Assembly: GCA_963662585.1 (NCBI GenBank)
Contig: OY759729.1
Location: 640,001-704,000 of the forward strand
Direction: 5' to 3'
Length of the DNA: 64,000 nt
Origin: Candidatus Cloacimonadales bacterium
Lineage (GTDB): Bacteria > Cloacimonadota > Cloacimonadia > Cloacimonadales > JAFGVF01
The notes below the pieces were generated by a model. That model saw only the letters and a list, made by a program, of their open reading frames with translations, was not told the DNA's origin and made no database searches. Numbering within the stretch: position 1 is the first letter of the stretch; each line of letters starts with the position of its first letter. Shown here piece by piece: positions 33,356-43,345 of this stretch. The translations under genes and the position numbers were made by a program.

Positions 33356-34527
33356 TAGAATTTTACCTTAGCTTGATTTAAAATATTTTTGATTGATTTC
33401 AAAAAACAGGATTCGCAATAATGTTCTTTTACATAATCATATCCTGCTCTACCCCATTCTTCGATAACTTGAGGATTTTTATCTATATAGTCTAAGGCTT
33501 CAACTAAGCCTTCACTATTTTTCTTTTTAACTAGATACCCGTTTTCTTTATGGTGTAGCCACTCAGAAATCCCACCTATATCAAAACCTACTACTGGGAC
33601 CATACGACTAAAAGCCTCGATTCCAATTAAGCCAAAGGGTTCTTGCCAGCGAGATGGTACAATAACCAAATCAGCTTGGGAATAATATTTATCAACATCA
33701 CTAGCCCAACCAACCAATTCGATTTTTTTATTAAGTCCGTAGAGTCTGATTAGCTTATCTAAATATTCATAATCATTACCACTTCCAACAATTTTTAATG
33801 TATAATCATGTTTTAAGTGCCTACAAGCTTCAATTAAAATATCTACACCTTTCCCTCTTATTAATTGCCCCATAAAAAGATAATTAGCGCTATATTTTTT
33901 GTGCTTAAAATTATTATCAATAGGACTTACTTCATGGATAGGATAAATTCTATATACAGTGTCCATATTCCACTTGTTTAAATCTAAATTACGCATCATA
34001 TATTTGGATAAAACTATGGTAGCATCAGCATCTTTCACTTCATTAGTTAAGGCAATTTTCTCTTGCCCCTTAATTAAAGAGAAACCGAGGGCTTTAGATC
34101 TATCTCTTTTTAATAAAAGTGAACACATTGAACAATATATTTTATTCATAGGAAGCGGGCAATTTATTCTCTTAATAGGAAAATATTTGTGCTTTCTAAA
34201 ACAATAGTAGTCATGATCGTGAATAGTAGAAACAGTATAGAAGTTCTTATTTAAAGCTGATAAAAGTTTAACATTGTTACTTTTATGAATAAATACTACT
34301 TCAATCTCTAAAGCATAAAATTCTTTGATTAGAGAATCAATATTGTTTTCATTCCCAAAATACACTTCTTCAAATATATCTCCAAAGTCTCCTACATTAT
34401 CAACTTTCGATTCAAATAACCCATATAAGGTCCACTTCTCTTTCTTTAAGAATGAGCCTATTTTATGGATATATCTTTCAATACCACCAACATACCCAAA
34501 TATGGAATGATAAATTAAAGCTTTCAT
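33355..34527 (-). CDS. Glycosyltransferase family 4
   Basis: 'GGIERY', 'GQLIRGKG' and 'PSRWQEPFGLIGIEA'; Cys-containing insert. Confidence 0.92.
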   Translation of the reverse strand: MKALIYHSIFGYVGGIERYIHKIGSFLKKEKWTLYGLFESKVDNVGDFGDIFEEVYFGNENNIDSLIKEFYALEIEVVFIHKSNNVKLLSALNKNFYTVSTIHDHDYYCFRKHKYFPIKRINCPLPMNKIYCSMCSLLLKRDRSKALGFSLIKGQEKIALTNEVKDADATIVLSKYMMRNLDLNKWNMDTVYRIYPIHEVSPIDNNFKHKKYSANYLFMGQLIRGKGVDILIEACRHLKHDYTLKIVGSGNDYEYLDKLIRLYGLNKKIELVGWASDVDKYYSQADLVIVPSRWQEPFGLIGIEAFSRMVPVVGFDIGGISEWLHHKENGYLVKKKNSEGLVEALDYIDKNPQVIEEWGRAGYDYVKEHYCESCFLKSIKNILNQAKVKF

Positions 34528-34532
34528 AGAAT

Positions 34533-36932
34533 TTATTTCTTTTCCAAACTATCATATACCCGTAGATATAGATTTGTTAAATACTGATAAGTATACTTCT
34601 TTTCTACAAGTTCTTTTCCTTTTTTTGCATACTGACCCAAGAGGGATCTTTCATTATAAGCTTTAATCATTTTCACTGCACATGTTTTAGAATCCTCTCG
34701 AGGGAATAAATAACCATTTACACCATCAATAACTAAGTTAGGATCAACAACATCACTCTGAATAACAGGAGTTTCGCTAATCCATGATTCCACAACAACT
34801 GCTCCTGAGTTCATAAATCTTACTGGGATAACATGGATATCAGAGTATTTCAACCAGCCTAAAACCTCATCCCTCTCTATCATTCCAGTGAAGATAACTT
34901 TGTCAGTTAAATCATTTTTCCTAATATATTTCTGCATTTCATCATAAAATTCTGGTTCGTAATCGAATCGTCCGACAAACACTAATTTGGCTTTTGGAAT
35001 TTCCTTAGATACCTGGTTGAAAGCGCGTAAGGCAATATCTTGACCCTTCACATTACAGATTCTCCCCAAAACTAAATAAACGAAATCTGAATTACTAAGG
35101 CCATACTTCTGTCTTGGATTAGGTTTTTCCCCTCTATATTCATCTAAAAGAATTGGAACAGGAGAGTATTCAACATTTTTGTTGTATTTTTTATAAAACT
35201 CAATTTCTTTATCAGAAATAGCAAAAATATAATCAAATCTTTTCAAGAAGTATGTTTGTTTAGGACTAGGTTTATGAAATCTCAAAATGTTAGGGTTAAT
35301 TGTTCCTTCTTTCTTGATGATAGAAGCATAGTCTAAATAATCAAAAGAGGCTAAAACAATAGGAGTTTTAGAAAGTTTAGCAGCGAAGAAGGCAATCATA
35401 TTATTAGGATTAATAGCTGGGAAAACCTGAACCACATCATAGTTACCGAAATAAATTAAACCAAAGACATCAAAACAGACAGTTTTAGCAGCTTTATTCG
35501 GATAGACTTTCTTTCTGTTATAAAAATCTTTCAATCGATAAACAGTAATACCATCCATAACTTCTAAATATGGTTTATCAATTCTTTTAGGGCAAATCAC
35601 AGTAACATCATTTGTTTCAGCTAGCATTCTTGCTTGATAATAAATATTTGTCTCAGCTCCACCCACTTCAGGATAAAACCTATTAGTAACGATACAAATT
35701 CTTTTTCCCACATTTACTTTCATTTTATCTCCTGTGCGATCACTTACTTCATATTTATATTTCTCTTGAGTATAGCTAAGCAACTGCTGTTCTACAACTC
35801 TTTCCTCATAATATTGCATACACTTATTAAATAGATTATCTCCTAGTTCAGAAAAATCCTCAGGATTATGCAAAAAATCATATAGTTTTGAGATGATACG
35901 ATCAGCATCGTCTTCAATAATTATCTCATTATCAGAGAAATCAAAACCTTCAGCTCCAATAGATGAAGTAATAATAACTTTCTTTAAAGCAGCAGCTTCC
36001 AAAATTCTCGTGCGTGTCCCAGAAGCAATTCTTAGGGGTAGAAAGACCAAAGAAGCTCCATTTATATAACTATTAATATCATCAACAGGACCTACAATCT
36101 TTAAAATTTCATCTTGATACTCATATTGCCAAGCCAAAGGATTTTTTCCTACAACAAAAACTTTCATTCCTAACTCAGCTAGTAGTGAACGAATATGAGG
36201 ATAGATTTCTGTAACAAAGAATTTAAAACCATCTTGATTTGCCACAGAATTCATTGTGCCGAAAATTAATATATATTTATCTTGATCTAATATTGGAATA
36301 TTCTCTCTTGATACTTGCTTGAACATATTTGGTAGGACTTTAAAATATTTCTCTCTGTGTTCTAAATTTAATTTTTCAATTATTAAGTCTCTTTCGTGAT
36401 TATTAGTGAAGAGAAATATAAAATTGTTTTTAAAAAATGATGATTCAAATTTCTCTAATTTCTTTTTTTCAAAGAAGAAGTACTTATTTTTAAAACTTGG
36501 GTTATCTTCCCAGTTCATAGCAGCAATCCTGGAGAAAAGCATATCAACATCGACAACAATTTGGGCATCAGAGAGGACTTTACTAGCTTCGATTGCTAAT
36601 AAACCAGGTGAGATAAATCTGATGAAAATAAGATCATATCTATTACTTCTTAATATTGTAGCATACCTTGATAATTCACTTTTGGAAAATTCATAAATAG
36701 CATCAGATTTACTAAACCTTTCATGTTCTACTTCAAGGAAATAGGTATTATTCTCACAGTGGTGATCATTTACTGAATTTGTTGATTTACTATCTTGCAA
36801 TAATAGAAGATCTGCCTCAAAATTCTCTTTTAAAATTCTCCATAAAAAGTTTGATCTGTTTTTATCTCCGCCGTGAATACCATAAAAGGGCACATCAATA
36901 TATAAAATTTTTTTTCTCACTGTCCACCCCAA
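34533..36932 (-). CDS. Two-domain glycosyltransferase (two GT4/GT-B modules)
   Basis: Module 1 has 'PLRIASGTRTRILEAAA..K'; module 2 has 'FYPEVGGAE...GRICNVKGQD...VVVESW..ETPVI'. Exact start uncertain. Confidence 0.88.
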   Translation of the reverse strand: MGWTVRKKILYIDVPFYGIHGGDKNRSNFLWRILKENFEADLLLLQDSKSTNSVNDHHCENNTYFLEVEHERFSKSDAIYEFSKSELSRYATILRSNRYDLIFIRFISPGLLAIEASKVLSDAQIVVDVDMLFSRIAAMNWEDNPSFKNKYFFFEKKKLEKFESSFFKNNFIFLFTNNHERDLIIEKLNLEHREKYFKVLPNMFKQVSRENIPILDQDKYILIFGTMNSVANQDGFKFFVTEIYPHIRSLLAELGMKVFVVGKNPLAWQYEYQDEILKIVGPVDDINSYINGASLVFLPLRIASGTRTRILEAAALKKVIITSSIGAEGFDFSDNEIIIEDDADRIISKLYDFLHNPEDFSELGDNLFNKCMQYYEERVVEQQLLSYTQEKYKYEVSDRTGDKMKVNVGKRICIVTNRFYPEVGGAETNIYYQARMLAETNDVTVICPKRIDKPYLEVMDGITVYRLKDFYNRKKVYPNKAAKTVCFDVFGLIYFGNYDVVQVFPAINPNNMIAFFAAKLSKTPIVLASFDYLDYASIIKKEGTINPNILRFHKPSPKQTYFLKRFDYIFAISDKEIEFYKKYNKNVEYSPVPILLDEYRGEKPNPRQKYGLSNSDFVYLVLGRICNVKGQDIALRAFNQVSKEIPKAKLVFVGRFDYEPEFYDEMQKYIRKNDLTDKVIFTGMIERDEVLGWLKYSDIHVIPVRFMNSGAVVVESWISETPVIQSDVVDPNLVIDGVNGYLFPREDSKTCAVKMIKAYNERSLLGQYAKKGKELVEKKYTYQYLTNLYLRVYDSLEKK

Positions 36933-37253
36933 TTTTTAATTTTTATGAAGCTATAAAACTTTCAATTAATTAAATTATAAGTTATATTCTCTTTTAGACA
37001 CAATTTTTTTTTATTTTGCCTAAAATAATGTTTAGTTATTTTTATCACTCTCTTTTACCCATTATATGAAAAATGTTTTATACTGTCAAATTAAATTTTT
37101 CAAACTAGAAATACTTTCTTATTATTTTGTATTTCCAGCCTTAGAAGACATTAATAGTTTGGTAAAAATAAGGCTCTTGAGCGAGTCTGGAAGAAGCAAT
37201 ATTATGAAAAACCACTGTCCTAATAAGGCTCCTTGCTTCAAGTGTAAAATAAA

Positions 37254-37307
37254 ATAGCCTAAGGCCTTATTCTAATGTTTTAAATGAATAAGAATACCTT
37301 AGGCTAT
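37254..37307. terminator. Stem-loop downstream of the CopZ-like gene
   Basis: ATAGCCTAAGG/CCTTAGGCTAT outer arms with inner CTTATTC/GAATAAG. Confidence 0.5.
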
Positions 37308-37416
37308 AATTATATAATCCCTTTTAGGAAATGTAATTCTTGCAGATCTAATCAATAAAGTATCATCTATAACACCTGCCAATTCCATTGAACTTTAACA
37401 TTAGCAGAATTAATTA

Positions 37417-37620
37417 CTATTTCTCTACTTCATATCCAGCTTGGGTGATAGTTTCAATTATTACTTCAGAAGATACATCTCCAAAAACCTGAATCTTTTT
37501 TTCCTCTAGATTGAAAGCAAGCTCTTCAATACCATCGATGGTCTTTAGAGCTTTCTCAATAGTCCTTACACAATGATTACAGTTCATATTCAACACTTTA
37601 AAAACTTGCTTATTAGCCAT
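37417..37620 (-). CDS. Heavy-metal-associated (CopZ-like) chaperone
   Basis: 67 aa; MNCNHC motif; C-terminal AGY. Confidence 0.9.
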   Translation of the reverse strand: MANKQVFKVLNMNCNHCVRTIEKALKTIDGIEELAFNLEEKKIQVFGDVSSEVIIETITQAGYEVEK

Positions 37621-37630
37621 AATTACCTCA

Positions 37631-38701
37631 TTATTTATTAGTTATTTTAGATTTTACATATTTAGATAAGGATAGGATAAAAAATACTGTAAATATTAAT
37701 GTTAAACCAGTTAACCACCAATACATCTCCTCGTGATGAACCATTTCATTTACTGTCTCAGGAGTAGGAAATTTTGTTACTGTATAAATGTAATTTACGA
37801 TTAATCCACCTAAAACACCTGTAATTGTGATAACTGATAGATAGACAGAGATTATCTTTCTCCCCATGCTTTTAGCTATTAAGGTTATTGTGGCAATATT
37901 TGTTGCTGGACCAACCACCAAAAAGACAAATATAGCTCCTGGTAATAATCCCTTGGCAAAAAGAGCTAAAGCTATTGGAAGAGAACTAGTATCGCAGACA
38001 TAAAGAGGTATTCCTATAAGTAAGACAAGCAGAATTTGGAAGAAGTAATTTCCCTCTACATAAGAGAAGAGACTGTTTGGTATTATCGAAATTAATCCAG
38101 CTAAAATTATACCTACTACTAACTGTGGAGCTAAATCATCTAAAAACTCAATATAAGCATAATGGAAAAATTCAGCCAACTTATTTCTTTTTGTCTTGCT
38201 ATCATGGTCTTCATGTTTATGGGAACAACAAGCTGAAGTACAAGTAGCTTCAGCTTTAAGGTTACTTACTTCTTGGTCATTATAAGTAAATAAATCTGTA
38301 ACAAGGCCCCCAATAATACCTGACACAAGGGCATACAAGGGTTTAAAAATTGCAAAGATTGGACCTAACATTGCATAAGTTGGAACAATATTATCTACAC
38401 CTGTTTGCGGGGTTGAAATAAGAAAAGATACAGTAGCCCCTGAAGAAGCCCCACTTTTCTTTAATTGAAAAGCTGTTGGTATTACTCCACAAGAGCACAA
38501 GGGCATCGGAACTCCCAATAAGGATGCTTTGACAGAAGACCAAAGTCCCTTTTTCCCCAGATATTTGGTTATGAACTCTGTTCCGACGAAGATATGCAGT
38601 ATTCCTGCAAAGCTTAATCCAATTAAAAGAAAAGGTGCTATATTTAAATAGACCTCATAGACTGCTAGACTAATATCACTTAACATTAAAACTCCACTCA
38701 T
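37631..38701 (-). CDS. ArsP/SO_0444-family Cu/Zn efflux permease
   Basis: 'GVPMPLCSCGVIP', 'FLISTPQTGVD', a His/Cys-rich loop, 'PLYVC' and 'GPATN'. Confidence 0.88.
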   Translation of the reverse strand: MSGVLMLSDISLAVYEVYLNIAPFLLIGLSFAGILHIFVGTEFITKYLGKKGLWSSVKASLLGVPMPLCSCGVIPTAFQLKKSGASSGATVSFLISTPQTGVDNIVPTYAMLGPIFAIFKPLYALVSGIIGGLVTDLFTYNDQEVSNLKAEATCTSACCSHKHEDHDSKTKRNKLAEFFHYAYIEFLDDLAPQLVVGIILAGLISIIPNSLFSYVEGNYFFQILLVLLIGIPLYVCDTSSLPIALALFAKGLLPGAIFVFLVVGPATNIATITLIAKSMGRKIISVYLSVITITGVLGGLIVNYIYTVTKFPTPETVNEMVHHEEMYWWLTGLTLIFTVFFILSLSKYVKSKITNK

Positions 38702-39019
38702 TTTATTTGTTTGTCGTTAAATAATAAATGTAATTTATCAATAAACAAGAAAAAACTATTTTTCTCACCTTATTTTATGACTTATCAATATTTTAAGGCA
38801 TTTTTATCTATTTATCAATTACCCAATATACTCCTTTTTTTCTAAAATTCTAAATTTAGATTGACAGATAGAATATCTTCTTAATAATAATAAAAAATAA
38901 AGTTTTCAAAGATTTTTACCCAAAAAATACTTTTGATTAGTTCTTATTCGAAAGTAATATCAATTTATTAAGATTTTATTTATCTTAGATTTCATATATT
39001 TTATGGAAAAGGAGTTAAA

Positions 39020-39967
39020 ATGAATAGAATAACAATGTTAATTCTAATTGTAGTTTTTATGGCACTAAATGTAGCTTGTAATAAGAAAGAAATTGAAGTT
39101 AAAGAGGTTAATCCTCAGTACTCTCAAAGTGATGTAAGAAATAGAAATCTTAAAGATGCTATTGAAAATTTTAATCAAGGTTACTTCCGTGCTGCAAACA
39201 GCAGTCTTTATGAAGCTAGTAGCCAAAGACTAAGAGATGAAGATCTTATAGTTTTAAATGACCTTAAAGAAAAGATTGAAGAGAAAACAGATACTGCTTT
39301 AAAGACTCTTGATTCTTTGGCTGTAAAAGGAAAACTTTATTCTTATGATTTTGAATACAATACTATTCATAAAAATTTTGAAATTTCTACCTATAGACAA
39401 AGAGTAGAAGAATCTAAGAAAAAATATTTAGCAAGAGTTAAAACAGAAAATGATAATTATCTGAAATCGTTTTATTCTTATATCGAGGAGCTCAATGACA
39501 TAACCTCACTTACATTAAATAATCAAAAGAAAGATTATATTTCTAAGACTTCTCGTTTAAAGTTAAGAGTTGTTATTGATGGTTATGAAGTTCCACAGAT
39601 ATTTCTTGATTTCCATCCTTCCCAAAAAGAACCAGTATTAGAAACCCTTAAGTTTAAGAGCACAAATGCTGAAGTATTCTTTGATAAGAAGAGCATGTTA
39701 ATTGGTGATTATAATCTTGCAACCTCTAAGATTATTTCTTTTAATTTGCTAGATCCTAATTCTGAAGTAAATATTAAGAACTTCGAACAAATGCTTAATG
39801 ATGGAACAATCACTGTATCTCTAAAATGGTTTTACGAACCTGAGAGTTTTAATATTTCAGGTAAAGCAATTAAAGAACTTCAAGAAGTGTTTAATATTTT
39901 CCAGAAGATTATTCAAGAATACAAAAACAATGAAGATAAAATATATACACCTAAACATGTGAAATAA
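39020..39967 (+). CDS. Hypothetical lipoprotein
   Basis: Lipobox NVAC; AAGGAG RBS; 315-aa ORF. Confidence 0.75.
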   Translation: MNRITMLILIVVFMALNVACNKKEIEVKEVNPQYSQSDVRNRNLKDAIENFNQGYFRAANSSLYEASSQRLRDEDLIVLNDLKEKIEEKTDTALKTLDSLAVKGKLYSYDFEYNTIHKNFEISTYRQRVEESKKKYLARVKTENDNYLKSFYSYIEELNDITSLTLNNQKKDYISKTSRLKLRVVIDGYEVPQIFLDFHPSQKEPVLETLKFKSTNAEVFFDKKSMLIGDYNLATSKIISFNLLDPNSEVNIKNFEQMLNDGTITVSLKWFYEPESFNISGKAIKELQEVFNIFQKIIQEYKNNEDKIYTPKHVK

Positions 39968-40292
39968 TTAAATTTAAATAATATTCTAAGGGATAAAGTG
40001 ATTAGCTTGTTACTATAACAAACTATCATTTTATCCCTTTTTATTAGCTTTGAGCTCCTAAAGCACCTACTTAGCTCTTGAAGTTTAATACTCCTCCCTT
40101 GCTCCTTTACTGTCATCTCAATTTTGCTTCAAAAATTAATCAGATTGAGTGAGAAGGAGGAGGCAAAGATGAGGCTAAAAGAAAGAATAGTGGAAAATAT
40201 AGAGGAAAGAAATTAGCTAAAATGAAGCCTATAATTTTACAGGATAAGGGATTGGGATTGATTATTTAATAATGGTTATGAGGGGAAATAAA

Positions 40293-40366
40293 TGGCTGGG
40301 GTACAGGGAATCGAACCCCGACACGAAGAACCAGAAACTCCTGTCCTACCATTAGACTATACCCCA
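40293..40366 (-). tRNA. tRNA-Gln(CTG)
   Basis: TGGGGTATAGTCTAATGGTAGGAC...TTCTGGT...GGTTCGATTCC...TACCCCAGCCA, CCA encoded. Confidence 0.92.
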
Positions 40367-40399
40367 GCATATAAAAAGAAAAAATTTATAAAATAGTGA

Positions 40400-40474
40400 T
40401 GGCTGGGCTGCCAGGATTCGAACCCGGGAATGCATGGACCAAAACCATGTGACTTACCACTTGTCGACAGCCCA
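40400..40474 (-). tRNA. tRNA-Gln(TTG)
   Basis: TGGGCTGTCGACAAGTGGTAAGTC-A-CATGG-TTTTGGT-CCATG...GGTTCGAATCC...GCCA. Confidence 0.95.
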
Positions 40475-40504
40475 ACACTATTTTATAAATTTTTTATTTA
40501 GGTA

Positions 40505-40595
40505 TGGCGGAGAAGGAGGGATTTGAACCCTCGGTAGGGGATTAGCCTACATACGCTTAGCAGGCGCACGCCTTAAGCCGCTCGGCCACCTCTCC
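40505..40595 (-). tRNA. tRNA-Ser(GCT)
   Basis: GGAGAGGTGGCCGAGCGG...CCTGCTAAG, long variable arm, GGTTCAAATCC, GCCA. Confidence 0.95.
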
Positions 40596-40604
40596 GTTCA
40601 AGAA

Positions 40605-40690
40605 TGGCGGAGAATGAGGGACTCGAACCCCCAAGGGCGAAGCCCGGCGGTTTTCAAGACCGCTGCCTTACCAATTAGGACTAATTCTCC
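40605..40690 (-). tRNA. tRNA-Ser(TGA)
   Basis: GGAGAATTAGTCCTAATTGGTAAGGC-A-GCGGT-CTTGAAA-ACCGC, long variable arm, GGTTCGAGTCC, GCCA. Confidence 0.95.
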
Positions 40691-40709
40691 GTTCGAAATA
40701 TGTATTAGC

Positions 40710-40738
40710 AATATCTCAAAAAGCAGTTTTTATGTCAA
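40710..40738 (-). promoter_or_regulatory. Putative promoter of the tRNA cluster
   Basis: Minus strand TTGACA, 17 nt spacer, then GATATT preceded by TGn; about 20 nt before tRNA-Ser(TGA). Confidence 0.5.
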
Positions 40739-40871
40739 TATTTTTTTTAATTTATTTTAAATTTAATCTAATCAGAATTAGCTTTTTGATTAATTATTAA
40801 GCAGTTATAAATATAAAAAAAGTTTTTAGATAGGCCATAAATTCTAGTTTTTTAAGATAAATCCATGTTTA

Positions 40872-40905
40872 TTTAGAGGGTAATTAATACAAATTACCCT
40901 CTAAA
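40872..40905. terminator. Stem-loop at the 3' end of the ferredoxin operon
   Basis: 14-bp perfect inverted repeat TTTAGAGGGTAATT/AATTACCCTCTAAA, 12 nt after the stop at 40918; no clear U-tract. Confidence 0.55.
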
Positions 40906-40917
40906 ACCGACAAAAGG

Positions 40918-41901
40918 TCAATGATTAATTTTGAAAGTGAAATGAATTTTATCATCTTTATTTAGTTTCATAACAGAGTTTCTTAAGAAATTAGTAATTT
41001 TTTCTATAGGATAATCCGCTTCTACCACATAATAATGAATTTGGGCTAAATCTTCAGTGCTAAGACTCTCGATAAGATCTGAGTCTATTAGGTAGATTGT
41101 TCCTTTATCACTAATATTTGCATTGGTAATACTTGTTGAATTGATAGTGACAAAAGAGAATTTGTCTTCTTTCATAACAAAGAGTGAATCCGACAAGACA
41201 GAAAAATAATCTTTATTATCTACTTGAGCCATCAGTGTCATAGGGTATTGTTCTTCAGAAGGGTCTAGATAATAAGCTTGTGAGCTTATATAGATATCAT
41301 GGAACTTTACACTAGCAGAGAAAAGGAACCAAACGGCAATAGCAATAGAGGCTATCTGGGCAATAAACTTCAAATTCTTAATGTAGGCTAAGAATCCAGA
41401 GAAAGCTAATGGAATTAAAAAGATAGAAGTTCCGACAAAAAAGCCAAAAAAGAGAAGAGCTCCAGAGATAGGCCCTGCTAGATCAACTGCTTTTGAAAGA
41501 GCGATTAAGAAAGAAGGACAGAAATTTATTCCGGTAAAGACTCCTAATAAAAAAGCGCTGGAAGTAATTTTGGTTACTGCAGGGATATGACATTTTCCTT
41601 GTTTCTTTTTAGTTCTAATTACGCTTAAAACCATGAAAGTTGAAAGAAGAATGTAGGCAATAGCAGTAAAAATATCTCTATTTATAGTTGCAATATTACT
41701 GCCAATCCAACCAGCAAGCAGTCCGAATACTATGTAGGAAAAAAATCTACCTAAGGAAATTTCTAGCACTTTCCAGATATTTTTAGAGAAAGATCTATTC
41801 TCAGATATTAAGTAAGGCAAGTAAATAGGGGTACAACTAACCAAGCAAATGGTTCCTGTTGAGAATCCTAAAGTAAAACCTTCAATAATTGTTTTTATCA
41901 T
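40918..41901 (-). CDS. DsbD_2 / TauE-SafE-like membrane protein with extra C-terminal soluble domain
   Basis: 'GFSTGTICLVSCTP', 'LGRFFSY...G...G..G', 'G...G.NFCP' and 'F..F..GT' pattern; about 6 TM segments. Confidence 0.75.
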   Translation of the reverse strand: MIKTIIEGFTLGFSTGTICLVSCTPIYLPYLISENRSFSKNIWKVLEISLGRFFSYIVFGLLAGWIGSNIATINRDIFTAIAYILLSTFMVLSVIRTKKKQGKCHIPAVTKITSSAFLLGVFTGINFCPSFLIALSKAVDLAGPISGALLFFGFFVGTSIFLIPLAFSGFLAYIKNLKFIAQIASIAIAVWFLFSASVKFHDIYISSQAYYLDPSEEQYPMTLMAQVDNKDYFSVLSDSLFVMKEDKFSFVTINSTSITNANISDKGTIYLIDSDLIESLSTEDLAQIHYYVVEADYPIEKITNFLRNSVMKLNKDDKIHFTFKINH

Positions 41902-43100
41902 CTAAATAGCATCCTTGAACCTAAAGTGAAAGTATTCTTAAAATCAAAAGTAGTAAAGCTACTAAATGATTGAGTATTATTATTCTCTAAGTAGAAGAGG
42001 AAATTGGAATTCAGCTTATACTCAATAGCAGAGATAATCGTATTATAAACATTATGACTATATCTATCTTCAAGAGATAATGAAATAGAGTTTGTTAAAG
42101 GATATTCAAGATAGGCAAAATATATTCTGCTGAGGTTTTCAAAACTGATTCTGCTTCCAGCAATGACAAATGCCTTATAATTATAAGATGGTATATTAAA
42201 TCTAGCTTGAAGTCTTAGCATGTTAGCCAAACGATAGTACTCTTTATCTGTTTTATCATAACTAAAATGGGAAAAATAACTAATGTAAGAGCTCAAATAA
42301 GGGTTAAAAGAGTAATTATAACGAAGATTGTTAATAAAATTATGTCTTTGATATGATTCGTATTGTTGAGACTCTTTATTTAGATATTGAAAGTCTTCAC
42401 TGATCTTTCCACCCAAAAAACTTTTAGAAGTATAGTTTACTCCAACTCCGTAGTGAGTATAATCGTGATTTCTGCCTGGATCATTAAAATTAACATTAGA
42501 GCTATAAAAAGTCTTATTCTCAAAAGTTGAGTAGAGGGATAATTCACTATTTAGATTATAAGCTAAAGCTAGGTCTTTATAAAATTCATCATAATATTCT
42601 GCTTCAGCGGAGTTTATCACATCTTGATAATCAAACTTATAATCTATCCCGCTTCTTCTTCCTCTTAAACCTGCAAGTAAAGATATATTTTGCCATTGAT
42701 TTTGAGTGTAAAGATAGAGGTTATTTTTAACTAGAGGCTTAATAGGGAAATCGATTCCATTAATAATAAAGTTATCTTGGGTCTTGTCATAATCATAATA
42801 ATCGACATTATAGCCTAAAATAAACTTGCTATTTTCAGCTAATTGATAAGTTGATAAAGTTCTTAACTCATTAGTGATATTAGAATTATAATCATCATAG
42901 TCTTCTTCAGTAACAAGGGAATTCATCTGAACTTGGATATTTAATCTATTTAACATAAATTCAGAAAGGAAGTTATTTTCAAATCCATAAACCTCTATAT
43001 CATGAGAATTATATAAGGAAAAACGGGATTGATTCCAGAAGCTAGCACTAGAATAAACTGCTGTAAAAATAATAAATATAGATAAAAGATTCTTTTTCAT
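41898..43100 (-). CDS. Putative outer-membrane beta-barrel protein
   Basis: Signal peptide; Tyr/Asn/Phe-rich alternating strands; C-terminal 'FTLGSRMLFR' resembling a beta-signal; no TM helices. Confidence 0.6.
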   Translation of the reverse strand: MKKNLLSIFIIFTAVYSSASFWNQSRFSLYNSHDIEVYGFENNFLSEFMLNRLNIQVQMNSLVTEEDYDDYNSNITNELRTLSTYQLAENSKFILGYNVDYYDYDKTQDNFIINGIDFPIKPLVKNNLYLYTQNQWQNISLLAGLRGRRSGIDYKFDYQDVINSAEAEYYDEFYKDLALAYNLNSELSLYSTFENKTFYSSNVNFNDPGRNHDYTHYGVGVNYTSKSFLGGKISEDFQYLNKESQQYESYQRHNFINNLRYNYSFNPYLSSYISYFSHFSYDKTDKEYYRLANMLRLQARFNIPSYNYKAFVIAGSRISFENLSRIYFAYLEYPLTNSISLSLEDRYSHNVYNTIISAIEYKLNSNFLFYLENNNTQSFSSFTTFDFKNTFTLGSRMLFR

Positions 43101-43345
43101 TAGTAAATAGCTCCTTCAGGACAAACTGCAATACAATCGCCACAACTAGTACATTTTGACTGGTCAATTACAGCTTTACCCTCTAGATTATATTCTATTG
43201 CATCGCTGGGGCAAACAGCAATGCATTCACCGCAACTAGTACAAGAACTCTTATCTACATTATACTCTTTCTCAGTAGGCTTCTTGCAGGCTATTAAAGA
43301 TAATAAAGCCAGTGAAATAAGCAAAATAATTAGTATTTTTTTCAT
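43100..43345 (-). CDS. Lipoprotein 2x[4Fe-4S] ferredoxin
   Basis: Lipobox LIAC; CTSCGECIAVCP and CTSCGDCIAVCP. Confidence 0.9.
   Translation of the reverse strand: MKKILIILLISLALLSLIACKKPTEKEYNVDKSSCTSCGECIAVCPSDAIEYNLEGKAVIDQSKCTSCGDCIAVCPEGAIY

Noticed and set aside
37066..37257. 63-aa plus-strand ORF upstream of the EPS operon
   Set aside because: No RBS or motif; it lies in an AT-rich regulatory region and is probably spurious.
39990..40290. Pyrimidine-rich then purine-rich stretch downstream of the tRNAs, possibly a long hairpin or ncRNA (includes ORF 39913-40116)
   Set aside because: Only short patches pair (for example CTCAAT/ATTGAG). I could not build a convincing structure or coding signal by eye.
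40325..40341. Weak anticodon stem (U-U and G-U pairs) in tRNA-Gln(CTG), suggesting a pseudo-tRNA or recoding tRNA
   Set aside because: The acceptor stem, D and T arms, CCA end and 7-nt loop are normal; such mismatches occur in functional tRNAs.
40293..40690. tRNA cluster as an integration site for a genomic island
   Set aside because: I saw no integrase and no duplicated tRNA 3' end (att site) in the window.
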